IMG/VR virus record: IMGVR_UViG_3300050120_000152
Location: 1-64,000 of that record
Reading direction: 5' to 3' (one strand)
DNA: 64,000 bases
This document shows, one piece after another, positions 1 to 8,652 of the stretch. The position numbers were made by a program, and so were the translations under genes. The first letter of the stretch is position 1; each line of letters begins with the position of its first letter. The notes under the pieces are model-generated. The model ran no database searches. It had not been told where the DNA came from and saw only the letters and a list, made by a program, of their open reading frames with translations.

Positions 1-265
<265 letters not shown>

Positions 266-294
266 TGATTTTTCATATTAAATAAACCGCACAC

Positions 295-323
295 TTGACA
301 TACAAAACTGTCCAGTATATAAT
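295..323 (+). promoter_or_regulatory. Perfect sigma70 promoter TTGACA-N17-TATAAT for the porin-like gene
   Basis: TTGACA 295-300, TATAAT 318-323, RBS AGGAG 341-345, ATG 352. Confidence 0.9.
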
Positions 324-351
324 TATCGGATAACTTAACTAGGAGATTTAT

Positions 352-1092
352 ATGAATAAGTTTATAACAGTAGTAAGTGGTCTAGCATTGGCAGCTTCTT
401 TAACAGCTTTTGCTCCAATTACCCATGCGCAGTCTTTCGATCTTGGTCAGACCTCGGTAAGCGGTAATGTAGGTGTAGCCTCTCGTGATGATTTCCGTGG
501 TCAGGAATATTCAACTGACGCCAATCTTGATTTAGGATTAAAAGTCAGCAATATTGCTTTTAATGGCTTATATGTTGCCGGTGACTTTGGTAAGAATGGA
601 AATACTTTTCCGGCAAATAGTTTTACTGTGGTTCGCAGTGATGTTGGAGTTGGCTATGTATTGCCTACTTTTGCAGGTATCGGACTTGATGTTAGTGCTA
701 ATCATGTATATAACGCCCAAGAATATTTGGTTGTTAAGAATGGACGTACTACGTATGGCAACTATTCGGAATTGCGCGTACAGGCCACATACAATATTGC
801 ATTCCTTGAAGTAGGTCAAGCATTTGGCCCATTACAGAATACTTATGCAAGAGTTGGTATTAGCGTACCAGTAGGTGATAAACTACATGTTGGTGCAGCT
901 GTTAGTGCATATCATTATAGTGATGCAGCTTCTACTACAGCAGTAAATCGTTATAACAATAGTGAAGTGTTTGCATCTTATAATGTGCTTAAGAACTTAA
1001 ATGTTTACGGCAAGTATTCATTCGGTGGTAAGAACGAATCCAATGCGGTGCTGTCTAACTATGGAATTGTCGGCATTTCGTATAATTTTTAA
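352..1092 (+). CDS. Outer-membrane beta-barrel protein, TorF/putative porin-like
   Basis: Sec signal peptide (..APITHA|Q), alternating amphipathic strands, C-terminal Bam signal GISYNF, N-terminal 'SGNVGVASRDDFRG' resembling the TorF family. Confidence 0.75.
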   Translation: MNKFITVVSGLALAASLTAFAPITHAQSFDLGQTSVSGNVGVASRDDFRGQEYSTDANLDLGLKVSNIAFNGLYVAGDFGKNGNTFPANSFTVVRSDVGVGYVLPTFAGIGLDVSANHVYNAQEYLVVKNGRTTYGNYSELRVQATYNIAFLEVGQAFGPLQNTYARVGISVPVGDKLHVGAAVSAYHYSDAASTTAVNRYNNSEVFASYNVLKNLNVYGKYSFGGKNESNAVLSNYGIVGISYNF

Positions 1093-1111
1093 GAAATAAT
1101 GTAATATGGAT

Positions 1112-1142
1112 AAAACCCCGTAATTTGACTTTCGGGGTTTTA
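1112..1142 (+). terminator. Intrinsic terminator
   Basis: AAAACCCCG-loop-CGGGGTTTT. Confidence 0.8.
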
Positions 1143-1176
1143 TCGTTTAGACTATAACATGAAAGAGGATACAAAT

Positions 1177-1512
1177 ATGAAAACATTAAAAATTATGTTA
1201 ATGTTACTCCTGTCAGTAGTTGCTTTGAATGCAAATGCGTTTCAACACTATGGATATCATGATCACGACCGTAGCCATGAATATCATGACCGTGGTATTC
1301 ATGGGCATCAAGAATTCCATGGATACCGCAATTATAGGAATAATTATATACCTTGGGTAATTGGCGGCGCACTTTTATATGGCGCTACTGTAATAAATTA
1401 TAACCAAAATATGGTTAATGAAAACGGTGTAATGTATCAACGTGTTGATACCTATTGTATTGACCCATATGGTCGTCAATATATATGCGGATATGAATGG
1501 GTTCAACGATAA
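1177..1512 (+). CDS. Secreted His/Tyr/Gly-rich small protein
   Basis: RBS GAGGA then ATG 1177; signal peptide ending ALNANA; His-rich segment; hydrophobic WVIGGALL patch. Confidence 0.7.
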   Translation: MKTLKIMLMLLLSVVALNANAFQHYGYHDHDRSHEYHDRGIHGHQEFHGYRNYRNNYIPWVIGGALLYGATVINYNQNMVNENGVMYQRVDTYCIDPYGRQYICGYEWVQR

Positions 1513-2138
1513 TGGATGACGTAATCCAAAAGTTTATAGATGCTGTTACAACTGATTGTTCTATAAACGAAGTTAGGCTTAAATTACATAAGACTAACTT
1601 TGTTAAATATGGTAATATGAAAGTGAATGGATTTTTTCAATCATATAATGGTAATGCAGTTCTTGCGGTAGCTATGAAAAAAGAAGAATCGAAATGGGTA
1701 AAAACATTGGTTCATGAATATTGTCATATGCAACAGTGGAAAGAAAATTGTCCAGCATGGTCAAATTTAAAACTTTCCAGACAATTGAATGCTGACGATG
1801 TAATGGACTGTTGGTTATCAGGTAAACGATATACTAATGCTACTCTAGATAAAGCATTTGATGTAGTCATGAAAATGGAATTAGATTGCGAAAAACGTGT
1901 TATTGAAACTATTAAAAAATATAATCTAAACATTGATGTTACAGAATATATCCAGCGCGCAAATGCGTATGTATTATTTTATAAAATGGTCAGAAAATAT
2001 AAAAAGTGGTATGTTATAAATAAAGAACCATACAATGACGAATCTATTTGGAGTAAAATGCCGAAAACATTTAATAACATTTACGATAAACCATTATGTC
2101 CTACCCACGAAAACTTACTACTGAAATGCTTTGCTTAA
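1512..2138 (+). CDS. Putative zinc metallopeptidase-like protein (HExxH)
   Basis: LVHEYCHMQQ motif followed by a downstream ELDCE; TAATG coupling to the previous gene. Confidence 0.6.
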   Translation: MDDVIQKFIDAVTTDCSINEVRLKLHKTNFVKYGNMKVNGFFQSYNGNAVLAVAMKKEESKWVKTLVHEYCHMQQWKENCPAWSNLKLSRQLNADDVMDCWLSGKRYTNATLDKAFDVVMKMELDCEKRVIETIKKYNLNIDVTEYIQRANAYVLFYKMVRKYKKWYVINKEPYNDESIWSKMPKTFNNIYDKPLCPTHENLLLKCFA

Positions 2139-2180
2139 TAGGAATATTATGAAATACAATATTATGAGGTTCATACTTCA

Positions 2181-2203
2181 CCGATTGTAAAATTTACAAT
2201 CGG
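2181..2203. promoter_or_regulatory. 11-1-11 perfect inverted repeat overlapping the SD of gene 2213
   Basis: CCGATTGTAAA-A-TTTACAATCGG; GGAG at 2202-2205. Confidence 0.6.
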
Positions 2204-2212
2204 AGAAAGTAA

Positions 2213-2953
2213 ATGTACGAAACTGAAAAATTCAAAATTACCTATAATGCCATCGACAAGCGCGATGGTCATATTATAGGCTGTTATGATGATATTGATA
2301 ATTTAATTGAGGAAGTAGAAACATATTGCGTATCCCATCGTGGATACCGATTTGGTATACTTTATCAAAGTCATAATAAGGCTGATACTGTAGCAATCAA
2401 AAGTTACAGTGATAAACCTATTGATTATAATATCCCAGACCCCAAACCAAGATATTGGTATGCTCCTTATAGTAATTATGAGACGATATATACTAATGTT
2501 GAAGGAGTTTATGTAGTCGATAATCTTGGCAATATAATCCGTGATATTTGGTCAAGGCAAAAGCGTTCAAATTATTGTGGTCGCCGTAGTTGGATGGAAC
2601 GCGAAGCACAAGAGGCCCGCGTTCGTAAAGGTCTTGTTCGCTATAAGAATAATGTGAATAAGATCAAGGACACCTACTCATATTACCTTGATTATGAAAA
2701 TTATTATGGTGAATATAGCTATCATAGTAGCGACTCAATAGGCTGTCATCGCGGTATCCATACCAATTCAACCTTGAAAAAATTAACCGGCTTTGTCAAA
2801 GAAGATGGTGAACCTGAACCAAGAGGAAAGCAACGCTGTTTACCTACGACCTATGATGATGTACAATGCAGCGTATATCACCAGCATAAATCATGGAAAC
2901 ATAACTCTAAACGTCGCAAACAGTGGAAGGATCGTACAAATGCTAACTTATGA
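2213..2953 (+). CDS. Hypothetical protein
   Basis: 246-aa ORF with GGAG RBS. Confidence 0.7.
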   Translation: MYETEKFKITYNAIDKRDGHIIGCYDDIDNLIEEVETYCVSHRGYRFGILYQSHNKADTVAIKSYSDKPIDYNIPDPKPRYWYAPYSNYETIYTNVEGVYVVDNLGNIIRDIWSRQKRSNYCGRRSWMEREAQEARVRKGLVRYKNNVNKIKDTYSYYLDYENYYGEYSYHSSDSIGCHRGIHTNSTLKKLTGFVKEDGEPEPRGKQRCLPTTYDDVQCSVYHQHKSWKHNSKRRKQWKDRTNANL

Positions 2954-3287
2954 AACTCTTGTAGAATTGGTGGGTAAATGTAAATTCAAAGATTGGAATA
3001 TTACCATTGATAAAGATAAAATCAGTGGTAATCGTCCTTATCTACAGGTTAAATTTATTGATATTGATCACATTACTGGATTGGAAGAAATGCAGCATTG
3101 TAGAAAATGGTACCTATCATACAATATGGTAGAATCTGAAGTAGTTCGTACAGCACATAAAGCGGTGCGGACAGCAATGGAACATGAAGTAGATGAAGCG
3201 TTTACCTATGATGGTACTCGTATTTTTAATCCTCATATGGATTTATTATTGTTAGCAAAAGCTGCTAAACATATCGACATAAGGTAA
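2940..3287 (+). CDS. Hypothetical protein (start MLTYETL)
   Basis: Overlaps the previous stop; the longer 2793 start overlaps the upstream gene. Confidence 0.65.
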   Translation: MLTYETLVELVGKCKFKDWNITIDKDKISGNRPYLQVKFIDIDHITGLEEMQHCRKWYLSYNMVESEVVRTAHKAVRTAMEHEVDEAFTYDGTRIFNPHMDLLLLAKAAKHIDIR

Positions 3288-3291
3288 GATC

Positions 3292-3534
3292 ATGAAACCC
3301 ATTACATTATGGACTGTGAAAAGTAAGATAACGGTAAAAGAAAATGATAAAGATGTGACCAAGGTAGTATGGTTGTTTAATCATATCGAAGATGGACACT
3401 GTAATAACGATAAACCAACCATTAAATTTGATACCCAACGTGGTTGGAATAGCAATACATGGACAAAAGAGTTTGCACATTTAGATGATAATTATAAGGT
3501 AATACACAATCATGAAAACGTACACCAAGGCTGA
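3292..3534 (+). CDS. Hypothetical protein
   Basis: Tightly packed ORF. Confidence 0.6.
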   Translation: MKPITLWTVKSKITVKENDKDVTKVVWLFNHIEDGHCNNDKPTIKFDTQRGWNSNTWTKEFAHLDDNYKVIHNHENVHQG

Positions 3535-3745
3535 TATCAAAGATATCGTAAAAGATAGTAAAAAAGTAAATTTTGTAAGATACCGTAAAGGCGAACTTAT
3601 TTACGTAACAGAATGTGGATTAGAATTCCCTGTACCAATTGAAGATGCTGGTGATGGTATATTCTTAGCACAAGATAAAGCACTTATTTTCATGCGCTAT
3701 ATAAGAAAGCATATTGAGAGCATAGTTGAAGCAACTAACTCTTGA
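3512..3745 (+). CDS. Conserved phage hypothetical protein
   Basis: ORF followed directly by a promoter region. Confidence 0.65.
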   Translation: MKTYTKADIKDIVKDSKKVNFVRYRKGELIYVTECGLEFPVPIEDAGDGIFLAQDKALIFMRYIRKHIESIVEATNS

Positions 3746-3779
3746 CAAGATATAAAAATAGTTGTAATATCTATAAATA
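3742..3779 (+). promoter_or_regulatory. Tandem sigma70 (TTGACA-N17-TAATAT) and T4-type late (TATAAATA) promoters for tRNA-Ser
   Basis: TTGACA 3742-3747, TAATAT 3765-3770, TATAAATA 3772-3779. Confidence 0.7.
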
Positions 3780-3786
3780 GAAATAC

Positions 3787-3878
3787 GGAAAGGTGCCAGA
3801 GTTGGTCTATTGGCGCTGCCTGCTAAGCAGTTGGGCCTATAATGGGCCACGAGGGTTCGAATCCCTCTCTTTCCGCCA
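3787..3878 (+). tRNA. tRNA-Ser(GCT)
   Basis: Cloverleaf with long variable arm, loop CT-GCT-AA, GTTCGAATC, G73, encoded CCA. Confidence 0.95.
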
Positions 3879-3881
3879 TTT

Positions 3882-4574
3882 TCAAACTCTAGACTTTTTC
3901 TTAAAGCATTTGTCTCGATAAAATTCTGGCATATGGGTAACAATCCAATCATGAATTTTTTGTGATTTCATATCTAATAAAGATGCCAATTTAGTTGTCC
4001 ATCCAATTTTACTAAAATCTATATCAGATTTATTTACTAATGAAATTCGGTGTTGATGCTTTGCAGTCCGTGCTTCTTTATTTTTGGCAATGATAGATTT
4101 TTTAGTATTGTGACGTTTAGCATTACCACCACAATATGTAGAAGTTTGAGCATGGCAATTTGGGCACAATAACTCAAGATTTGACAATTCATGATTGGTT
4201 GGATTACCATCTTTATGCTCTAATTCTAGAGGTATGGGAACATCGCGCCATTTGTCATTATTGCATCCATTACATTTAGCAGGATAAATATTTTCTGATA
4301 TAAGTCGTTTTCGTAAATCGCCACTAGAATATAATGGATGTAATCCACTAAAAATATCAATTAATGGAATCTTCGTATTTGTTCCATGTCGTGTAAGATT
4401 ATTGTTATAACCAATCATATGAATGCTGCTAATGTTGTAAATATTCAAATAGTAGTTGAGAGTTCTATAACTTATATGTTTCTTATAAAAAATTTTAAGT
4501 TTGTTTATACATTCTCCTTTTGATTTTGAATTTAAGGCATATTCGGTTAATATTACTTTATCTATGATCATCAT
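3882..4574 (-). mobile_element. HNH homing endonuclease gene inserted between tRNA genes, opposite strand
   Basis: CNGC..LELEHKDGNPTNHELSNLELLCPNCHAQT; minus-strand late promoter TATAAATA at 4605-4612. Confidence 0.85.
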
Positions 4575-4662
4575 ATAATTTGAACTCTTTTCTATTGTTG
4601 CAAATATTTATATGGGTTCAAATAAAAATAATTTAAATAGAACAATAATACTAAATAATTGT

Positions 4663-4740
4663 GGACATGTAGCTTAGCTGGCCTAAAGCGTTCGTTTCAT
4701 AAGCGAAAGATCATGAGTTCAAATCTCATCATGTCTACCA
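4663..4740 (+). tRNA. tRNA-Met(CAT), probably elongator (Ile2 not excluded)
   Basis: Acceptor GGACATG/CATGTCT, loop TT-CAT-AA, GTTCAAATC, CCA; no C1:A72 mismatch. Confidence 0.9.
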
Positions 4741-4787
4741 TCTATGACCACCATTTCGTATAAATATCTTCATAACTTGTTAATATT

Positions 4788-5618
4788 ATGAAGATCAATT
4801 CCATTCTAGAGTCTGTGCTTAACGAACGCGCCCAATTCGTTCCTACTGTTACAGCATATCATGCGACTCCCGGTAAAAACCTTCGTTCAATCTTGAAACA
4901 AGGATTAGTACCTAACCATCAAAAAGACGGTTATGCTTCTAATGAAACTTCCAATGCCTTTGGATATTCTTTATCAGCCCTTAAAGGCGTATACTTTACC
5001 TTGGATTACCGAGATGCCGAGAATATTGCAAAAAGTATTGATGCAACACCATTAATTATTATTTGTAAAGTGCAGAAGCGATCAGGCAGTTTAGATGAAG
5101 ATCGCTTAGCTGCTGATATAATTGGTGAAGATGCATTACCCAAGAAAATACGAGTAGCATTTGAAGGATATCGTAGACATTTCGGAAATTCAACAGACAA
5201 ATTAGAACAATTTAAAATTGATTTATCTAAGAGTTTAGTTCATGAAATTATTCAAAATACATTATCAAAATATGATAAACGTTTAGTAGATAATGTAAAG
5301 TCAGATTTATTAAAATATATAAATTTATTAATAACCACACGAACGTCCCAAATGTTTGATGGTGAAGATGATGCATTTAACAAGCAAATTAAACCATTAC
5401 AACTACAACTAACCAAAAAATTAAAAAATCTTATCCATCATGATAATGGTGATAAACATATGACATTCAAGGTTGATGGAACTGTAGGCTATTCTGGTGC
5501 TAATAAAATTGTGGGCATCTATAATTTTAACACTGGTGTAGGCTGGGGTGATCTTGGTAAGTTTGAACGCGATGCTTATCATAAAGTTAAAACTCCGGTT
5601 GAATTAATCAAAACCTGA
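4788..5618 (+). CDS. ADP-ribosyltransferase-fold (ART/Tpt1-like) domain protein, late expressed
   Basis: AYHATPGKNLRSILKQGLVP...GVYFTLD motif pattern; TATAAATA at 4759-4766; N-terminal SILE..LNE motif. Confidence 0.6.
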   Translation: MKINSILESVLNERAQFVPTVTAYHATPGKNLRSILKQGLVPNHQKDGYASNETSNAFGYSLSALKGVYFTLDYRDAENIAKSIDATPLIIICKVQKRSGSLDEDRLAADIIGEDALPKKIRVAFEGYRRHFGNSTDKLEQFKIDLSKSLVHEIIQNTLSKYDKRLVDNVKSDLLKYINLLITTRTSQMFDGEDDAFNKQIKPLQLQLTKKLKNLIHHDNGDKHMTFKVDGTVGYSGANKIVGIYNFNTGVGWGDLGKFERDAYHKVKTPVELIKT

Positions 5619-5620
5619 TA

Positions 5621-5649
5621 TTTACATCTTCCGCATTAAGTGGTATTAT
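5621..5649 (+). promoter_or_regulatory. sigma70 promoter
   Basis: TTTACA-N17-TATTAT. Confidence 0.6.
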
Positions 5650-5674
5650 CGCAATACAACGGAATATTACTATC

Positions 5675-5875
5675 ATGACTGACAAGGCTGAAACATCTTA
5701 CGATGAGCTTTACGCATCATTTCGCGAGCTTAAATGTCGTAGCAAACATACTAAAACCACAATAAAAATAAAGATGCTCTTAGATATGTTTGAGGATTCT
5801 GATGAAGCTGATGATAAACATAAATGTTTGCATGATATTAGATATTTTCTTGAAAGACTAGAGCGAGATATGTAA
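5675..5875 (+). CDS. Hypothetical protein
   Basis: 66-aa ORF downstream of a promoter, coupled to the next gene. Confidence 0.6.
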   Translation: MTDKAETSYDELYASFRELKCRSKHTKTTIKIKMLLDMFEDSDEADDKHKCLHDIRYFLERLERDM

Positions 5876-6234
5876 TGGCAGAAGAAATTAAAGTAAATGG
5901 TAAACATGGCGGTTCGAAATATGATGGTGATAAAGCTCAATATGGATTATTACCACCCGATTCACTAAAAGCAGTAGCCGAAGTTATGACAGCGGGTGCC
6001 AAGAAATATTCAGCTAATAATTGGTGTGGATTAGAAATAAGTCGTGTATTAGATGCTTTGGAACGACATATCAATGCTTTTCGTTCAGGCGAAGATTATG
6101 CTTCAGATTCAGGTCAACATCATTTAGCTCATGCTATGGCAAATTGTATGATGGGATATCACATAATGATGAATAAACCTGAGCAAGATGATAGATTATT
6201 CAAATATATAATAAGTAAACCAGATAATGATTAA
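5875..6234 (+). CDS. dATP/dGTP diphosphohydrolase domain protein (DUF5664-type)
   Basis: GSKYDGDK..LLP..V..V...GAKKY..NNW...RH...GE..D.SG.HHLAHA.AN motifs. Confidence 0.8.
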   Translation: MAEEIKVNGKHGGSKYDGDKAQYGLLPPDSLKAVAEVMTAGAKKYSANNWCGLEISRVLDALERHINAFRSGEDYASDSGQHHLAHAMANCMMGYHIMMNKPEQDDRLFKYIISKPDND

Positions 6235-6430
6235 TTATATGTTTTTTGCAACATTTATGTCACTATCATTAGAATGTTTTATTTTTGCAATAGCAACTTA
6301 TATATATTTAGTTATAGTTGAACGTGGCTATATATCTGCAGCAATGTGTATCATATTAAGCATTTATTTTACCATGTTAGGTTTAGGTGCATTAATATTG
6401 GCTGTACTATCAAGTTATAAAACATATTAA
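6227..6430 (+). CDS. Small two-TM membrane protein
   Basis: Two long hydrophobic segments. Confidence 0.6.
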   Translation: MINYMFFATFMSLSLECFIFAIATYIYLVIVERGYISAAMCIILSIYFTMLGLGALILAVLSSYKTY

Positions 6431-6448
6431 TTAATTTTAGAGAATGTC

Positions 6449-7282
6449 ATGGTAAAGTGGATAATTGACAAATCTATGCGAGACGGATACACTAGAGCAT
6501 CATTAATGGAAGTTATTAATGATTGTGGTTATGAAGTTAAGCTTATGGAATATAAATCTTCTTTGAGAAAGGAAGATTTAGTGTATCCTTATGATATAGA
6601 TGATTGTGTCATTCCATATACTACGATTAATCTTGGTAAACATCTAAAAGGTTATTTTGGCTCATACTTAGATGAAGAAGAATTAAGGTTTCATAACTAT
6701 TATAGTAAATTAAAAATTCATCCCGATAAATGGGTTAATGGAAATTTTGTAATAACAACATTTTTTGATTTTGAATCTAATTTTGATAAATTTGTGAAAC
6801 TGTTTGGAACCGATCAGTTATTCATCCGACCAAATTCTGGAAGTAAATTATTTACTGGTTTACCTATATGTGGATATGAATATTTGTTGAGTGAAGCTAA
6901 TGCATTGCGACAATTATCAGGTGTTATAGATAATAGTTTAATTATAGTATCTACAGTAAAAGAAATCAAAGAAGAATATCGCTTTGTTATTGCTGGTAAT
7001 GATGTATTAACAGGGTCACAATATCAATTAAATGGTAAACATGATGAACAAGGTTTTTATACCAGTGAGGCATTTAACCTAGCTAATGAAGTAGCTAATG
7101 CTGGAGAAAAACCCGTTGGCGTATTCACTTGTGATATAGCTAAAATGTCAGATGGTTCAGTTAAGATTGTAGAAATAAACTCGTTTAATTGCGCTGGATT
7201 ATATTATTGTGATCCATGGAAAACAATAACGGGCGTGAGCGAATATGTTGAAAAGCAGTACGAAGAATTAAATAATTATTGA
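6449..7282 (+). CDS. ATP-grasp protein, R2K clade (DUF4343-like)
   Basis: LFIRPNSGSKLFTG, EEYRFVI, TCDIA..VKIVEINSFNCAGLY. Confidence 0.75.
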   Translation: MVKWIIDKSMRDGYTRASLMEVINDCGYEVKLMEYKSSLRKEDLVYPYDIDDCVIPYTTINLGKHLKGYFGSYLDEEELRFHNYYSKLKIHPDKWVNGNFVITTFFDFESNFDKFVKLFGTDQLFIRPNSGSKLFTGLPICGYEYLLSEANALRQLSGVIDNSLIIVSTVKEIKEEYRFVIAGNDVLTGSQYQLNGKHDEQGFYTSEAFNLANEVANAGEKPVGVFTCDIAKMSDGSVKIVEINSFNCAGLYYCDPWKTITGVSEYVEKQYEELNNY

Positions 7283-7292
7283 GGTATATAAT

Positions 7293-7661
7293 ATGTGTGT
7301 TACCAGCATGATTACGCAGCACTATGGAGATAAATGGGAAAAACAGTGGCCTGATCCAATAAAACCTTGGAATCCGCAGGACTCAAGTATTAGTACACCA
7401 GAATCGTTACCAAAGTATCTTACGCAAGCCCAAATTGATAAACTTATTAATCTTGAACAACCAATTTCAAGAAAAGAATTCGATATCTTGAAGAAAGAAG
7501 TAGAAGAAATGAAGACTTTAATGATTAAAGCTATTCAATATGATAAAGAACATAATGAGCCGCATTGTGAACAAGAAGAAAAGATAGCATTGATTCGTAA
7601 AATGGCAAAGCTAGTTGGTGTAGATATGTCAGAAGTATTAAATGGATTGGAAGGTGGATAA
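7293..7661 (+). CDS. Conserved phage hypothetical protein
   Basis: RBS GAGG; MCVTSMITQHY N-terminus; C-terminal helices. Confidence 0.7.
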   Translation: MCVTSMITQHYGDKWEKQWPDPIKPWNPQDSSISTPESLPKYLTQAQIDKLINLEQPISRKEFDILKKEVEEMKTLMIKAIQYDKEHNEPHCEQEEKIALIRKMAKLVGVDMSEVLNGLEGG

Positions 7662-7923
7662 GTTTTTAACCGAAGATGAGATATTACAGGACTTGATTAA
7701 CAATCAAGATTCGCGTATTATTATTGAGAATAGTAAATCTGATTTAATAATGCTTCATCATTCGTTAGGTAGAACCATCAGAAATGATTACCGATTATGG
7801 CATGAAGATAATCCTATAAATCATAAGGGAAATTATGAATGGGATTCAGAACATCATCCCGATCAAATTTCACAAAGAATTATTGAAAAATTATATGAAT
7901 ATTGGGTAAATAAGAAAGTTTAA
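7642..7923 (+). CDS. DUF6794-like protein
   Basis: HHSLGRTIRNDYRLW...HPDQIS..II. Confidence 0.6.
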   Translation: MDWKVDKFLTEDEILQDLINNQDSRIIIENSKSDLIMLHHSLGRTIRNDYRLWHEDNPINHKGNYEWDSEHHPDQISQRIIEKLYEYWVNKKV

Positions 7924-7989
7924 ATAATTGATTAATACGGTTATTTTATGTATACTTAATATAAATATAATTCATAATCGGAGAATATT

Positions 7990-8250
7990 ATGGGATTACT
8001 ACAAGAATTAAATGAAGCTCTATTGGAATCTAATAATGATCCAAGAATGCTGGTAAAGGCTGCTGTTGATAGAGCATTAGAGTCATTGAGTGAAGATGAA
8101 TTATTTTATACGGCACATTCACAATATCGTGGTGAAGGTGGTCAGAATAATATGATAAATTTTATTGCGTCAGAATATGGGAGGGATTTTGCAGATGCTT
8201 ATTCTACGGTATTACAGGCATTACACAGACTTGAAAATATCTTACAATAA
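7990..8250 (+). CDS. Late small protein, candidate internal head protein
   Basis: TATAAATA at 7960-7967; GGAG RBS; N-terminus MGLLQELNEALLE. Confidence 0.6.
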   Translation: MGLLQELNEALLESNNDPRMLVKAAVDRALESLSEDELFYTAHSQYRGEGGQNNMINFIASEYGRDFADAYSTVLQALHRLENILQ

Positions 8251-8302
8251 AGCTTGACAATCAATTTAGTTTTCTATACACTTTGTATAAATAGTTTTAC
8301 AT

Positions 8303-8379
8303 GTGCAGGTGACAGAGTGGTCTATTGTGTTCGGTTGCAACCCGAAATTTCGTGAGTTTGAATCTCACCCTGCACTCCA
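8303..8379 (+). tRNA. tRNA-Cys(GCA)
   Basis: Acceptor GTGCAGG/CCTGCAC, U73, loop TT-GCA-AC, CCA; promoters TTGACA 8254 and TATAAATA 8286. Confidence 0.9.
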
Positions 8380-8435
8380 ATTGAATAAGTGACCCGCTAC
8401 TTGAAACTGAAAGGCGGAATTGAAATATAATATAT

Positions 8436-8516
8436 GGGGCTAGGGACTGCTATGGGGTGGTCGTCGCACTTGCAATGCGAATAGCAGCCGGGTTCAAATC
8501 CACGGTAGCTCCACCA
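8436..8516 (+). tRNA. tRNA-Ala(TGC) copy 1
   Basis: G3:U70 pair, loop CT-TGC-AA, A73, CCA; atypical D-arm, bulged T-stem. Confidence 0.85.
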
Positions 8517-8529
8517 AATTTGAAAATAT

Positions 8530-8606
8530 GGGGCTTGGGACTGCATGGCGTGGTCACTACACTTGCAATGTGGCTAATCAGTGGGGTTCGATTCCCCAAA
8601 GCTCCA
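8530..8606 (+). tRNA. tRNA-Ala(TGC) copy 2, no encoded CCA
   Basis: GGGGCTT/AAGCTCC with G3:U70, loop CT-TGC-AA, GTTCGATTC; followed by CATA. Confidence 0.8.
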
Positions 8607-8652
8607 CATAAAATTATACACTATAAATACATATACAATTAAGGTTGATAGT

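Noticed and set aside
5875-6234. 2-aminoadenine (Z) genome system
   Set aside because: Only the diphosphohydrolase is present; no PurZ or DatZ in this window.
8380-8435. Possible extra tRNA or ncRNA between tRNA-Cys and tRNA-Ala
   Set aside because: Only a weak CCGC/GCGG stem; no T-loop or acceptor stem.
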